Below are positions 12,201-28,100 of a stretch of 64,000 nt of DNA, one piece after another. The stretch lies in NCBI RefSeq assembly GCF_006345805.1, contig NC_042997.1, positions 137,268,001 to 137,332,000 of the forward strand, written 5' to 3'. Position numbers and translations under genes: made by a program. How positions within the stretch are numbered: the stretch's first letter is position 1; the number at the start of each line of letters is the position of its first letter. This stretch comes from Octopus sinensis (lineage: Eukaryota). The notes below the pieces were generated by a model. The model saw only the letters and a list, made by a program, of their open reading frames with translations. It was not told the origin of the DNA and did no database searches.

Positions 12201-15200
12201 TTTCAAGAATTTATTTGTAAAGTTAAGGAAGTTATGAAATGAAACCCATCAGTGACTTTTGGGACACCCTATTAGCAACGCACGATCATAAAGTGCTTTA
12301 TACGCACTTTTGACAAGCTGTGGTGCACCTGAGCATTGTATACAATAATTTCATTATTATTATTATTAAAACACTTGCTGCAACAATTCATATCAAATGT
12401 TTCAATTTCAAAATTGTCCAATACTAGGAAAATAATTTACTGGTTCCTTTTATAACAGCTACTAGGTGTTACTCTTCTAGATAACTACAGAGTTTTCATC
12501 CCTATATAATATTGAGTGTATCATAGCCTATAACTAACTGGTTTTTCTTTCCTTTAAAAAAGAAAAGAGGATAAAATTAAATGTTTAGTAATTTTTGCTT
12601 CAGCTGGATCATGATCCACATTTTAAATGAGAAATAACATACCTATTACTCATAAGGTCAACAATAGTTTGCGGGTTTGGATAGACAGGTAAAGTAAAGA
12701 TTTGTATCAGAACTGGCACATCCCCAGGGTTTTCTACAATGAAATCTGATAACTAGAGAAAAAACAAAAAAATAAAAGTTAGTTACAAAAATTATACAGT
12801 TCAGAAAGATCCAAACAGTAATTGTGTAATTTCTGACACTACACATACACATTAAGAATTAGTTAACACATAATTATATGGTTGACAGATCAAGAAATAC
12901 AAAGGCGAATAGAGAAACAGCTAAATCCATTAATACCTAGAATTAAAACAAAGATATCTAAAATGTTACTTACTGACACATTCCCAATCTGAGTAAGAGG
13001 AAATTTTATTTTACACTTCCTTATTAAGGCTGGCCAATAGAGATGTGCTTGTGCCGAAAAGAGAAAACCTCGCACTTGATTAGTGTCTAGCTCTATTGTT
13101 ACATTGGCCCTACAGATACAAAAAAAAAAGTTGCAATAGATATAATAGAAGTTAATAAATGAGGAACAAAGAATGCAAAGATTCTGACTACTTGTGAAGA
13201 TTACTTACGTGCTTTGATCCACTCGTGCAACACGATCCCATTTCTGTTGAAGATGTGTATATAAATATTGGTCTGTGTCTGCAACTTCTCTGTCTAACTC
13301 CAAACCCAGTAACCATTGGTGACCAGCTAAAAGAAGAAAATGTAAATTCAATTTAATTTTATGAAAGTTAGTGTCTCCAAAATGAGAATTTGTGCACATG
13401 CACTAAGATTCTCTCCCTCTCCCCAAAGGTAAATTAAGTGATGTAGACAGTGAAACGAGATTTATACTGTAAGATAAGGCCAGCATTTTAGACATAATTT
13501 TTTGTCAAAGAAGTGATTACCAGTTTTGAAAGATAAAGAGATCAGGATTAGTGAAAGAGAGGTAAAGGAATAGGAAAGGAAGTAGAGTGGGCAGGAGGAA
13601 GAGGCAGTAATTGTTAGTGGAAAGGAGTAAGAGTTAAATTAAGGAGAAAATAAAAGGAACATCAGACTTGTTACCTATCCCTCTTTTCTAGTTAATTTCA
13701 ATTTACCCTTTAAAACAGTGCTTTCAACCCTTTGCAGTTCAACACCCCTCTTCACTGTATGGTACTTTGAAAATTTCCCCACCATATTTTGGATCCCTCC
13801 ACCTTCATTTGTGCAGTGGCTTATTACACACATTTTCTTATACATTTGCAAGGACTAGACCCCCCCCCCACTTGTTAAATTTTTATAGAAATAAGAGATA
13901 AAGACATATGTAATCTCCAAATATAATAATGAGCGTAGTGTTTTCAAATATTTGTGTGTATATATATGTGTATGTATACACACACAGAGACCATATTTGT
14001 GTGTGTATATACATATATATGTTCAAAATCACACTACTGCATGGGTGAAGGGAGAGGAGAGAAAACAGTAATTCAGTGAAGGAGAAGTAGTGGGAGTAAT
14101 ACCCATGACTGATAGAGAGTGACAAAGTAATAGCAATGAGAGAGGAAGCGGCAAAGAGAGCGTCATGTATCTTCTACTATAATAATACTCCTGTATTTCT
14201 CTGACACAACATATGAATGAGAAAGGAAGGGGTGATCCACTGATGGAAGTGGGATGGTGAAAAGTCAACGGTGAAACAAAAATCAAACAGCGCTTCAACT
14301 CTGTATGTGTGTGTGTGCGTGCAAAAAGGAGGAATGTAAATGTTTGTGTAAAATATATCTATATATTTGAGTGACATATATATGTTTATTTAGAAAGTAC
14401 ATAGAAAATAGAATTACAGACACGTGCATTTACATATAGACACACACACTTATAAACAGACGCGGTTAGAAGGAAGGAAGTGGGCTGTAACAAAATATAG
14501 AAAACTGCGTTCGCTACAGACTGTGCTACTCATACATATAAATGTATACATATGCACACACACAGAGTTGAAACTGATTTTTTTCCCACTTTTTTGTACC
14601 CTTTTACATATTACAATTAGCTGTCATTTTTGACAGCATGGGGCCAGCTAGAGAAACTATAAAGACTATTAGTGCATCACCAGCCATATTTTCTGATTTT
14701 TGCTAACACAATGTCATTCATATATTCTAACACCAACAAAAGATTGTTTTTGAAAAAGTGTTTAAAATGTAAGCGCTCCTTTGTGAGAACTCACAATGTT
14801 CCTGGGGCTCTACTTTCTTGGTTTAGAAGCATTGCTTTAAAACTAGTGAGCATTTCTTCTCTTCCAAAGAAGGGTTCTGTCTGAAACAGCAGACTTTGTT
14901 CAGTATGTTTTCAAATTTACTGTCCCAATCATCCTTATTCTTGCTAAGGTAGAACATCAGTATACATAGATTCTACCATTTATACTAATTATCTAATGTT
15001 TGTGTCTGAAAGGCACTGCAGTATTGTAGGGATATAGCAGGCAAATTATAAGGTCTACAGAAATTAGCAAGAAACAAGTTGAATATGGCCTGAAAGGTGT
15101 GCAATAAGAAACATAGAACTGGAAATGATAAAGTGAGTTAACAGTCAAAATATAAATTGAAATCTAAATACACACACACATGCTAAACATACTAAATTTT

Positions 15201-18200
15201 TGTAGAGTAATGAATTGAAGAGGAAAGTATTAAGTATAAATACCTGGAGTATGTGTGGGTAAACCTACATAGCATTCTTCATCACATCCCCTCTTGGCAT
15301 CAAAATATATTCTACCAATCTGGAGTGTAAAAAAAAATAGTGTACAGGAATTTTATAAATTATATGAAAAATTTACAAAACAAAAACATTACACAAAAAA
15401 TAGAAAAACAAGCCTAAATCCCACCCCGCTTCCCCCTTGTGACAAAAGAAGTCCCTAAAGCATAGCATTCCAAAGTGGGCGATATTTCCCCCAAAAGAGG
15501 GCAAAGGGTGAATTTGTAGAAAATGGGCGATATGAACATTTTGCGGGTGACAATGAATTTTTAGAAATTAAGTCTGCATTTACTGATATCTAGGTATCAG
15601 TTTGTGGTGCCATCAGAGTATATTGAATTCCTACCTCAGTCTGTGGAAACATCTGAAATTACTTTTGTTTGTCCTTCCTACCTCATACCTGGTTGAATCT
15701 GATTTTAACCATGTTAGAGCTTTACTTTCCCATAAAAGAATTGGACTGGATGTGACACAACGAGGAAACTTGCAACTGAAGTTGACAAGTTTGAAACTGA
15801 ATGTATCTGCACTAACTGCATCACAGCAGACACATGGTTCTCATTAAAAAGTTTTATTCTTTTCCTTTATAATACAATCATTAATTATTTTTGCATTGGT
15901 AGTTCTGATCAATGGTTCATTTGGGAAAAATGAAAATCAGTGTAAAAGAAAGTGCAAGTTTCCAGAAGTTAATCTGTCTGCATAATATAGAGTTAAATTT
16001 AGAATTTTATTCACACTAATGGCAAAACTAAACCCACAATAAGGGATTTGTAAACAACCACATACTTGGTCCAAACAGCACTAACAGGGCAACGAGTCTT
16101 TTTTTACACAGGTGAGCGATGGAGCATTTTTTGGCTGATAGGTGGGTGATATTGTAATTTGGCATGAAAAGTTTGGGAAACACTGCCCTAAAGAAATACA
16201 CACACGCTACAGAAAAAAATTAAGACAAAAAATTTTTTAAATACCCAGAGGAGAGTAAAGTAAAAAAGTAGAAAATAAAAAGGAGTGAAAATGGAGAAAT
16301 GAAAGAAGCCAAGAGTTAAGACGTAGCAGCAGCAAGAGTAAAAGAAACATACTCTGTTATATTTTAAAGGTTCCAATATTACTTGTCCATCTGAAGCTGG
16401 TCTGTAATAGAAGCGTGAGTCTGCTGGTCGAAATGATACTTGTGTCACTTTCATATATGCTTCAAAGGTGCTATGAATTTGTAATACCTTATATGGAATC
16501 TTTCCCTAGTGAAAGAAAGAATAAATAAAAACATTAAATCAGATGAGAAAGCAGTAACTAGATGGAGATAAGCTAATGAAGAAATCTTTACACAAATAGG
16601 AATAGTAAAATTGCTAAAACCACATCCTTATAACTAAAACTGACAATGTAATCTAGATATACAAAGAGACAAAAAGTTATTGGCTGGAAAGTCTTTGAAA
16701 TTATGTTTACCCTTTCGAGGTTAGCCTGGGATTAAAGTAGAACTTGGTGAAAATACTGATGTTTGTTTCTGATGGAGAATGAAAGAATCAGCCAAGGTAA
16801 AATGGAACATTATCATAAGATGGAGAATGGATTATAAAGGGATAAATATAGAAGATACAAATCAGATGGGAACCTCAATGGAAACAGCTGAACTATGAAT
16901 TAATGTGCATATTAGTGTATTGAGAGAGAAGTCAAGCATAAGAGGAATTAGATGCAGTATGCAAGAGAGAAACTGCACTGGTCTGGTCATGTGATGTGGC
17001 TGGAAGCCAACAGCTCCATAAAGAAGTGTCCTTCAAAGTGGATGGAACTTGTGGGAGAAGGTTACCTAGGAAGACATGGGATGAAGTATTGAAGGACAAC
17101 CTCAGGATGCTGAACTTTTCAGATGAGATGACAAAGGACTGAGATACCTGGTGCCTTGCAGTACTCAAGAAGACCCACCCTCCACAGCATAAGTATTAAG
17201 GCTGCATCTCTTGGTGAAGAGGATCAGTCTGCAAGAGTCCTGTGCTGGTGCCACGTAAAAAGTGCCAAGTAAAAGTGCTTGTGCTGGTACCATGTCAAAA
17301 GCACCCAGCACACTGTAAAATGGTTGGCATTGGGAATGGCATCTAGCCATAGAAACCAAACCAAATCAGACTAGAACCTGGTGCAGCTCTCTGGCTTGCT
17401 GGCTCTGGTCAAACCAACCAACCCATGTCAGCATGGAAAATGGACATTAAAGGATGATGATTACAGAACTAAAAACTGTGACTTTTTAGAAATAAAACCA
17501 GGAGTGTGTATCTTCATATACTAACAACTGAGCTATGCATACATATTGGAGTATATAGCAATCATCGCACTTAAATTCTAAAATATTATATTAATCATTA
17601 TTGGTGATTCTGAAGAATAACTTAGCCATATTGACATCAGAATCAATCACTAGATTAAAATAAAGAAAAAAGTATTTGCAAAGCATAATGGTTTAACAAA
17701 ATTAAAATTCCTGTAATTAGTTATAAAATTGGGAGAAAAAAAGTCGTATGAAACAGGTGTTATCACTTACTGGATATACTCTATCAAAAATAAGTTTTTC
17801 TGGAATAGCATTTAAACTTCCTTTTGCAGTTCTGAGTGATACTGGTATAAATAGGGTCTATAAAAAAAAAATCCAGTTGGTTAGAACAGCTTCAACAATT
17901 TTATATAGAGGAAGATTTATTTAATAGTTGTAGCATATGACTCCATGAATTGGTGACCCCACTAGTGCTGGTGCTATAAAAAAAACCCAGTACACACTGT
18001 AAAGTGGTTGGCATTAGAAAAGGCATCCAGCTGTAGAAACCTTGCTAAAACAGACACTGGTGACCAACACAGCTGTCAGGATTGTCAGACCCTGTTGAAC
18101 CAGCCAACCCATACCAGTATAGAACATGGATGTTAAATATTGATAATGATGAATTCTAGCAATATAACACTGTGATTGGGGAAGGGTTCAATTATTAATT

Positions 18201-21200
18201 TCCAATAATATGGTATTAAAAGTGTGATGATTAGTCATTACTCATTAACAAGATAACACTAAATGAAAGAGTGTCATTAATTGTTGGCAATAAAATACAC
18301 TAAGCATATCAAGTGGTTACCACATGGGTTACTAACAGGTGTAGCACTTTATATGAATATACCTCAAATTGCTAATTTTATCTATTTTGGTAATGTGAAA
18401 TTAAAATGAAAGGAGTAAATTGCAAACATTATCTGAACAATATATTTTTTGCAAACAACTTGCAGAGGCAAGTGCTACCAGTTGAAAGCTCATGGGGTAA
18501 TCATGAGTGCTGTTTCAGGTTGGGCCTTCCTCTTGATGGCATCAGAGCGCACTGGCCCTCCTCACTGACATGAGGCCATTGAGAAATGGAAACATAAAAA
18601 AAGGGCTGAGCATTATAATAGCATACCTGAAATTGAGTGACAATAAGGACTTGTCCAGAGAACATGCCTTCATATAGGGCAGCAGTGACATTCACACTGA
18701 ACACAGCAATGTGGTAAGGTTTTAATATTAACTAGACAAAGAGAAATATAAAATTTTGAAATATTAACAATAAAAAAACATGAACACAGGATGGCATGTA
18801 TAGCTTAAAACTTATGAAGAATGCAATGGTGTCATGTCATAAGAATCTAATGAAGGTTAGCTGAGAGTACCAATAATTACAAATGAAAAAGGTTAACGAG
18901 AATTTTAAAAAACCAAATATAGAAATAGTTGAAAGAATATTGCTCTGGTGCAGAGAATTCAGTAACATTTGAAGGTGTAGAAAACACTGGGTTTCATAAG
19001 TGCTTAGCACTAGATCTATGGTTTGAAGAGGATGGGAAAGATTTTACCTGAATTAGACCCCAGACTATCATGCAACATTTCTAGGAAAATCTGATGCCTA
19101 TTTGTTGTAGTGAGGCAATCTGAGATACAAAGTGTATACCTATATAAACACCTTCAGTGGATTTAATTTCAAAACCCACAACATACAAGTAACTTATCTA
19201 CTCAGTCACTTCAATATATATATATATATATAGTATGTTTGTCCAACCCATGCAAGTACTGAAGATGGACATTAAAAGATGGTGACGATGTTTTATTTTA
19301 TCATACATCTATGCACATAAATCTATATGTAAAGTATATAAAAAAAAATTCAACAAGATGCAATACCATTTCATTCAGAATCTCAATTATCCTGTTAAAC
19401 AAATACATGTATAAGAGGAAAAAATTAACTGAAAATATTTCCCTTCATTTCATGGCAGATAGTTGAGACTTCTAGTTAGTGGCTAAGGGAGCATTGATTA
19501 AAATATTAAAAATCTAATTAAAGGAATCAAAGGTATATATGAAATAGTGAAGTTGGGAAAATTGTATATGTTTGTATACTGTGAGAATTTGCAAGCACTC
19601 GCATCTTTTCAACGTATATACAATATGCACAAATTTGCTAACTTAACCAACTGATTCCTGCTAACCCAAACTACAAATAATTTCCACAACTTCTTGTTGT
19701 GGAATTAAAATTATAACGAATGTTTCAAATATATTAAGGAATTTCAATATATCCTGCAAAACTTTTTATACTTTCTTTCAAAGATCCGATCCCTAAAAGG
19801 TAAAAATTAAAAGGTTTGAGTTATATAATCTAAGGATAAAGATATCAACTTTTTCCATTAACATTTAAGTCTAATGAAGTAGGAGCTGATTTGGAATATA
19901 GAGAATAGTATAGCATGAACACATACAAAGCAAATCTATAATGAACTTACTGGATCTGTGTCAATATCGGAAATGTTGTGAAATTTAGTAAGTGTTGTAC
20001 CATTGCCTTTTTCTATGCCAAGTAACTGTAAACTGCTCTGGTTCATACTGCAACTAAACTCTGCAATTACAATCTGGAGAAAAGTAAAGAACAATGAACA
20101 AATCTAAAGGTGACAAGATGATGCAAATGTAAGTAAGGCAATTATTATAAAAGAAATGAGAGTAGCTTCCTATAAAAAAATAAATATATAAAAATGTTAT
20201 AATTAAAATTCAGATATCAAAAGTAGACTAATGTCCAATATAACTAAATTTATCAAGTGGGGTTAGAATTCAAGTCACTTGTCACTCTTATATTACTAGT
20301 ATTTACAAGTGCGTTAACAAAATTCCTAGTGAAATATAACAGAGTAGGTTCTGACTGAAAAATAGTTATGCAGTTATTCAGAAGGAAATCGACAAAATAC
20401 TTACATTTACTGGATTGTTATTTTGTATTGTAAATGTTATACTACGGTGTTCCCCAACCCCTGTTGTGCCAAAATCAAGTTGACCTTTGGACTTTTCTGG
20501 TCGATGATGTATGACCTACAAAAAAAAAAAAAAAGAGAAAAAAAATGAAAAACAGACAAAAAAAACAAAACAAAAGAATGCATTAGAACATTAACTAGTT
20601 ACTGTTGAATGGACATAAATGAGGAAATGTGGTTTGCTTACCTTAAGAAGACCACTGTATACGATGATAGGAATACTGAAGCTAGATGCATTTGTCTGAA
20701 TGATTATTTGAGAGGTGAAATGAAGTGATGTAGTGTTTGGATGGAAATGCAACAAAAATGGCACTAGAGTCTCCTGGGGACGAATTATCACAGGCTTAGA
20801 GAAGTTTCTGATCTGAATAAAACAAAATATTAGGAAAGTTAAGACACCACTGATAATATTACTAAAATAAAAATGCATTTATAACTACTGGATTAGATGT
20901 TCTCTATATCATTACAAGTTGTATATTCTTACAAATAAATTATAAAGCACAACTGTTTTACATGGTAACAAACAAGTGAATATTTATAATCCATCTTTAA
21001 GGGAATAATTCACTGCAGCACTTGTCTCTTTATTTAGTTCTAGTTATAGCAATACACTTAAGCACTATTGCAACGTTATTTTAAAATCTCTTGTGTTTTT
21101 AATACTAACACAAGCACATCGAAAATTGTCACTGGAGATCCACACACACACGCACGCCTTTGTAAGAAACTATGAAAAATTGCAATTATCCACAACTGAC

Positions 21201-24200
21201 TGACTGACCTCTAGTAGTTACCATTAAAACATTCAAGCATTTCAATATTGTATAGCAACCAGGTGCCTTACAGCCCAACATAATCATATTACTTCATATA
21301 CAAATACTATATGGTAGAGGGTACATTTAAACCCAAGAGAAGATAAGAATAGCATACTTCATGTGCAGAGTCTATGGATTACTACTTTCAACCTGTAGTC
21401 TCAGCACCATATTCTTTCTTGAGCCAAACTGATTGGGGCTGATTAACAATCACACTATAAAGTGCAAGTTTACAGAATATTTTCTTTTACTTTTGCCAGA
21501 ATGAGTAACCTCGGTAAACATAGGGTTGTCCAAATTTAAACTAGTGATAGCATTAATTAAATTGACCAAGCAGAGCTTCCAATGAGATCTCACAAACTTG
21601 AACTTTTGACTTTTTTTAAAGAGATATTCACTTTCTATATTAATTTAGAAATAAATAATAAAAGTGAATTTTGAGGACATATCTATACACACACACATCC
21701 ACAAATACATAAATTGTAATTTAACTGTAATAATATTGATTTCTCAGACACAAATACCTGAGAACAATCTTGCAAGGGCAAAATGCTTATAGTTCGATAT
21801 AAACCAAAAACTCCTGGCACACCTAATCCACTTTACCATGTGGTTGTGAAGCTGATCCAGCTGGAAATCAAGACTGAGATGTAATGGCAAAGTGCTAAAA
21901 ATGTTATACTAATAATACTAAAAAGTTTTCTAAGCAAGTTCCTTTCTATAAAGGGTCAAAAGTATAGTTGATTAACTTGTCCTTACAATATCACTAGTAT
22001 TAACCTCAGTAGGATGAAATCTAATTCAGTACCACAGGATTCTTAATTTACTTTAAAATCATCAGTAATAATAATATAAGTTATCCTGTCAGTCATACCT
22101 TTATATAAAAGGGTTCTGTGTTGATAAGAAAATGTATGGAATATATCTAGGAATATGACAACAGCATGAGGGTGGAAAGATCCCCCCTTACAAATAACAA
22201 TATAAAGACAAAGATATTCCAAAAACAAAAGCACTTTTCAAATACTCACTGAAAAATATTTGTGTATACCATGTGGAAGGCTAACATTATATATGACTAT
22301 AGAGAAGTTAAAAGTATTAGTAAAGGCCAGCGATCTGGTATGGTTTCTCATAAATGAGCCACTGTAAAAGTGAGTGCTGTTTGCATTGTAGACTAATGAC
22401 CTGAAATAGAGAACAGAAAAAGTTTGTAGAGAAATAATTACAAAAGTTAATTTAATTAAATATAAATTTCAACTTAAAAAGAAGTGTCATATCAGATACA
22501 TACCCATGAAGTACATTTACTTGGTAAGGGATAGACAATTTATTCATATTATGTTTGGATTTTACAACAATTTTTCCAGACCACTGTCTAGGATTTAAAG
22601 CTTTAGTGGCTGGAAAGAAACAAAAAAAAATTTTTCTGAAAAATTGTTTTGAAAGAGTAAAATATACCAATCTACTTATTTATCTAAATGTCTAGTTTTA
22701 CAGAAATGTAAAATATATCTTCAATTAATATTTTTCTGTACATAAATCTTGATATCACATCATCTCATCAGAGGTCCTACTTCAAATCTGTTTTGCCCTA
22801 GCTTTGCTTTGGTTTCTCAATATCATCAGTATCAGCATATGCTATCTACAGCTAACACAATTGTCCCTTTTACTTACATTAGAAATGTATTTTGTACATT
22901 GGTTTTCAGTAAATCACTGCTACTCAACCTATCTCTTAGAAAAATTTGTTGTTTCTCTTTTATATACATCATCATCCTTTAACGTCCAATTTCCATGCTG
23001 GCATAGCTTGGCTAGTTTAACCAGAACTGGCAAACAGGAGAGCTGCACCAGGTTCCAATCTGATTTGGTTTGGTTTCTATGGCTGGATGTCCTTTCTAAT
23101 GTCAATCTTTTACAGAGCATGCTGAGTGCTTTTAATGAGTACACACACACAAAAGGTTAAGGAGTACAAAAGTTTAATTTGTATTGAATGAAATTATTTA
23201 GAGGATGCAAATTGACAGAGCACTGGAAAGAATAACTTGTGGCAGCTGTTCTATTTCTCTGCAATCTGAGTTCAAATTCTGCTGAGGTCAATTTTACTTT
23301 TAATCCTTTTGAGGTTAATAAAAAAAAAGTATAAATCCAGGGCAGTGGATTGGTAGAACTGTTAGTGATATCTGTTCTGGGATTTTGTTTTCTGACAGCA
23401 ACACTTGTGATGACACTGAGACCAAGCTGCATTAGCCCTAAAGTGGTGGTTTTCCCTTGGGACAACATCAGTGGCATCAATAGAGAAGACTTGAATGTAC
23501 AAGCAGCTGCCAGTCTTTAGGTAAAATCTTAGCCCAAGCCTGTACATGCAATTACATGGCCAACATTAACTGATAGAGGCCTTGGAAATTATTAACTAAG
23601 CATGATACACTTAAGTTTTTGTGGCAACTATAAAATTAAAATTAGTATTACTAAAACAGAAATATACCCACAATACAAGTTGCTGTCATGCAAAAAAATC
23701 TTGACGAAAGCTTTCAATGTTAGTATCACTGGAAATCTCATATTACCAATTTCACTTATCAGATGTCACATTTTGGAATTGGAGCCTAGTCTCCAAAAAT
23801 CATTTTTTAAACAAGTTCAAATATTTTACATAGCTGTTAACTCCAAGATTAGGTAAAATGGTAGTAGTAGAACTGCAGTAGTTATGTGGCTCGGGTGCTG
23901 AACTATTTGCTTGATACTACTAATTTACTTTATCACCACCAGTTTGAGGGTATCTATCTTAGCATTTCTAAGCGAAATAGTTATTATGAAGAGAATGAAA
24001 TTGAACGGCAAATATCTAATCTAACAATATACACAACTGTGTTAGAAGAACAATCATGGAAGGATGTATGAAAAATAATACCTCTAAATGTAATCTGGGC
24101 TACTGCTACACGACGTAATACATCTGGTTGTAGTTTCATAGGTCGGAATTCTACAGATATAGCATCATTTGGAGGTGACAAGGAAACACCCTGAAAAACA

Positions 24201-25087
24201 GGACAAGAAAAAAATTGCAGAAATTTCTCAAGCTTTCTATGTGATCCTAACTAAAACATTTTTATAGAAATAAAATAGCTTAAAGATTTTAGAAAACATA
24301 CACGTTGCTATTATGTTAAACTGTCGTATGTCCAAATGTGTTCTTAATATTTATTTTTGCTTTCAATAGCTGGTTCTTTTGGTCAAACTATCTCCTCTTC
24401 AGCTACTTCAGATGCCAAGATATCAAAAATTGCCAAAGTGTAGTACAATGGTTTTGCTAAGGAATGGTGAAACTATTTTTTCGTTTACCGAAAAAGCAAC
24501 ATTTCGGACTTATGACACATTTCAATAATAGCATATATATATATATAGATATATATATACATGTATACACACACATTTGCTTGCTTGTTTTACATCCATT
24601 TCTCATGCTAGCACAGTTGAGACTACATAAAGAAACGTGGAATAGATATATTTTTTTCACAAAAAAAACCCCAAAAAATTACTGAATACATTGTTTACAG
24701 TTGTGGGTAAACAATTGCTGACTTAAGTATTCACTACTTGAAGATTTGTAGGTGGATGAAACAGATGTCTGCCAATAAGTTATGCTCATTTATGACAAAC
24801 ATCTGAATCTAGATACATTTCACAAGCCTCTGAGACAGCAATGAATGCTGATATCAATAACTATTCACTTATGAGTGTGTGTGTGTGTGTATATATATAC
24901 ACGCATGCATGCACAAAATGTGTAGGCATGGGTGTGTGGTTAAGAAGTTTCCATAACATGATTCTGGTCTCAGTCACATTTTGCTGCACCTTGGATAAGT
25001 GCCTTCTACTATTACACTTGGCCAACCAATTCCTTATATGGTAGATGGAAACTATACAAAGCCTGCTGTGTTAATGTGTTTATTTAC

Positions 25088-25152
<65 letters not shown>

Positions 25153-28100
25153 GATGTGCACGTGAGTGTTTGAGAATGTTTACATTCAGTGATATTGCAC
25201 ACAAAAGTCAGCACTTCCCACAGTCATTTCCTTGTGTGGAATGATAAACTTCTGTTCGAAAAACAGGTAGTACCTGTTTTCCAAATAGCAGTAGAAAGGA
25301 TATTTGGTTATAAAATAATTTTACAAAATACATTTTTGTTTATACTATACAAACATAAAATGAAAGACTATATGAGAAAAGAAAATAGAGAAAATGTTGA
25401 CAAAGAGCAATAGAATAAAAAGGAAATTAATAATAGATTATTACTTGCAATGAATAAGTAACAATGTTTGTATACAAGTAACTATGTTTAAGCTGTTACA
25501 GATGTGTTCATGTTGGAATAGAAGAGGAGGAGAAGATCTTGTGATAGGAATGTAAAATCTCATTTTAAGTAAAAGTGATTTCTATAAAGTTTAATTTGGA
25601 TAATTAACTCTGTTTAGAAGATCTGATGTAGGTGGAAGTCTTTAATCAGCACAAATGGAAAACAATGTAAAAGAGGAAAAATTCACTCACTGTAACATGA
25701 ACAGGCCTTAAGCCTGTGTTTACCAGATTCAGCTGTACTGTTTGAGGTTCATCTAAAGTTCGTAGAATACCAAAATCAATCATCTCTACTGGAGAATATA
25801 TACCAGGAGCTGCAGTTATAAATACAAAATATTACAGTTACAAAGTAGCAGACGTCAAATACTAGGCTTTATTTAAAAGAAATATTAATTTCATACTTGA
25901 CAAAAAAAGGGTCACAGTTCACATAAAAACTGGAGGCAAAATAGTGGGGAGTTTTTTGTTGATGTTAGAGCTTTTTATCTTCTATCAAATTTATCCCATT
26001 TCATCATTGTCGTCACTCACTATCAGAAAGAGATGGGTGAATGGGGGGGAAAAAAAAAAGTCTACCAGCACCATCAGAGCCAGGTTTCCTTTTATTTCTA
26101 AAAAGACATATTTAAGATGCCTCAGTTTCTCTAGCTATCAAAAACAGGTACTACACTTTTCTGGGAAGGTTAGTTGCAACCACTAAACATTTTATTGGAA
26201 GGAAATGGCTGTTACCTGTTTGATATTATATAAACTGGGGCTAAACACTGTCCTACAGATCATTGTGATTCATAAAAAGGATTAACTATTTTAAAGTTAG
26301 GATAGCAAGAGAATGGCATGTTTTTCCAGATGACTCCAAACTCATAAGCATTTAATTTGTAGTAGTACTACTACACATGAAGGAAATTGTGCAATATCAT
26401 CAAATGCAAGAAGTTCATCAATCATTGCAAACACTGCAAAATGAACACACAAAAGAAAAGGATACTTTTAAGCATGCAGTCTTCAAGTTCATGACTAATT
26501 GAAGCTAGGTTCCCTCAATTTTCAGCATCCACCAAAATCCACTAATCCTCAACCACGATTGCTCTATAAGTAGCACCCTTGAAGGTAAACCGACAACCAC
26601 AGTAACCAAGTGTGAAAACTTTCATGTAAACTACATTACTATTAGCTCCTTGAGCTGGGTGAGCCTCTACATGGTCATTCGACCTGCTAGAAATACAGCT
26701 AAAATTGCCAAAAATCCCATTCTACTACCATACAAAAAGTAAAGACATTGAAGAATGTAGTCCTTGACTAGAATATTCGACATCATTCAATCCTATGTTG
26801 GGAATGGTCACAGCTGGAATGCTTTTGTTTATAGATATACTCAATCAGGGCAAACTTAGTGCTGAACAATATTGTAGCTCTTATTTTCACCAACAATAAT
26901 CATTTCTCTCTAGTGCCTATTTTTAAACTCTTCGATCTTTATGTGTAACTGCTACAATTAATAACAATATGTGAGGGTGTGCCCCAACCACTGAAAAGCA
27001 GCCTCTATGACTCAACTACCCATGCTTCAAACATATCAAGTGATAAAACAAGCAATTAACTATTTTCTTTATGTCATTGAATCACTTTCCTTTCCAAGTG
27101 ATCACTAAAAGCTTCTGAAAAGCTACTATGTCAGGCATGTATATATGTGTGTGTTTTTCTTCTCCAAGTACTTCAGTAAAAATAATTGTTGCTCAAGTCA
27201 ACAGTGAAACGTTTAACTATAGCTTGTAGAATCTCCAAGCAAAGTTACCCATCTATCTCTTTTATTGTCAGAGGTCTACTACTAGAGAGCCCCATTGTAG
27301 CAGAGTTATTAAAAGAAGTGTCATTTTGAGATGATAATTTTCTTCTTGTCAAATAAACACACATACTATATATTCCTTCTTCACTTGTTTATTATTGTTC
27401 TTATTTTATGTCCATTGTCTGGAAATCTTTAGTCACTTTTTCTGTAACCTCTTCAATGACTCTCTATCCCATGTCTCCTGTTTAGTCTATTGTTAAAAAG
27501 ATCTTTTTCCAGAACACATTCTAATTTCAGAGTTTGTTCATGTCTCACACTTTCCTTTTATGCAGACAATACAGTACTTCACTTCTAACAATGTCATTTT
27601 ATTTGTACCCTAGAAAGCTCTTAACAGATTTGTATGACTTTTTTGAAACTACAAAATCTAATGATTATGTAACAATCATGTCACTTCCAAAACTCATTCA
27701 CTAAACATACTAATAAAGTAATATTGCAACACTAAACCCACTTTTTTCATGAACAGTACACTGTTAAAACCCTTCAACTCGATACAAATATTAAACCTCA
27801 ACCTTATTCAATGTAACCACTCGGTAATACTGCATAAACTAGGATCAGAAAATCAAATGCTAACATTTTTAAAATTTCAAGCACAACCCAGACTACACTT
27901 CAAAGTATCTGATGATGTAGATGCTACAAATATTCAAGAGAAGATCATATGACTAACCAACCAACAAGCTACAATTAATCCTAGTTTCCTGTATCTTTTT
28001 TTAAACTTCTTTAATGGCTTCTGTTCAACTAAACTGTGTTACCACACATCCAAGCCCAATTGATACACCTGCTTCATCTAACCACCCTTGGTGTGTGCCA

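Noticed and set aside
14795-14880. 86-nt exon-like segment with ctgtttcag / gtgagt
   Set aside because: In the phase required after E20 it hits a stop, it has no TMEM131 similarity, and E20-E21 join cleanly. It cannot be distinguished from a chance pseudo-exon.
27905-27935. CTGATGA followed by a TGTAG/CTACA hairpin (hammerhead-like)
   Set aside because: No GAAA and no stems I/III. Other CTGATGA hits (34217, 46774, 56383, 61184) also lack the core.
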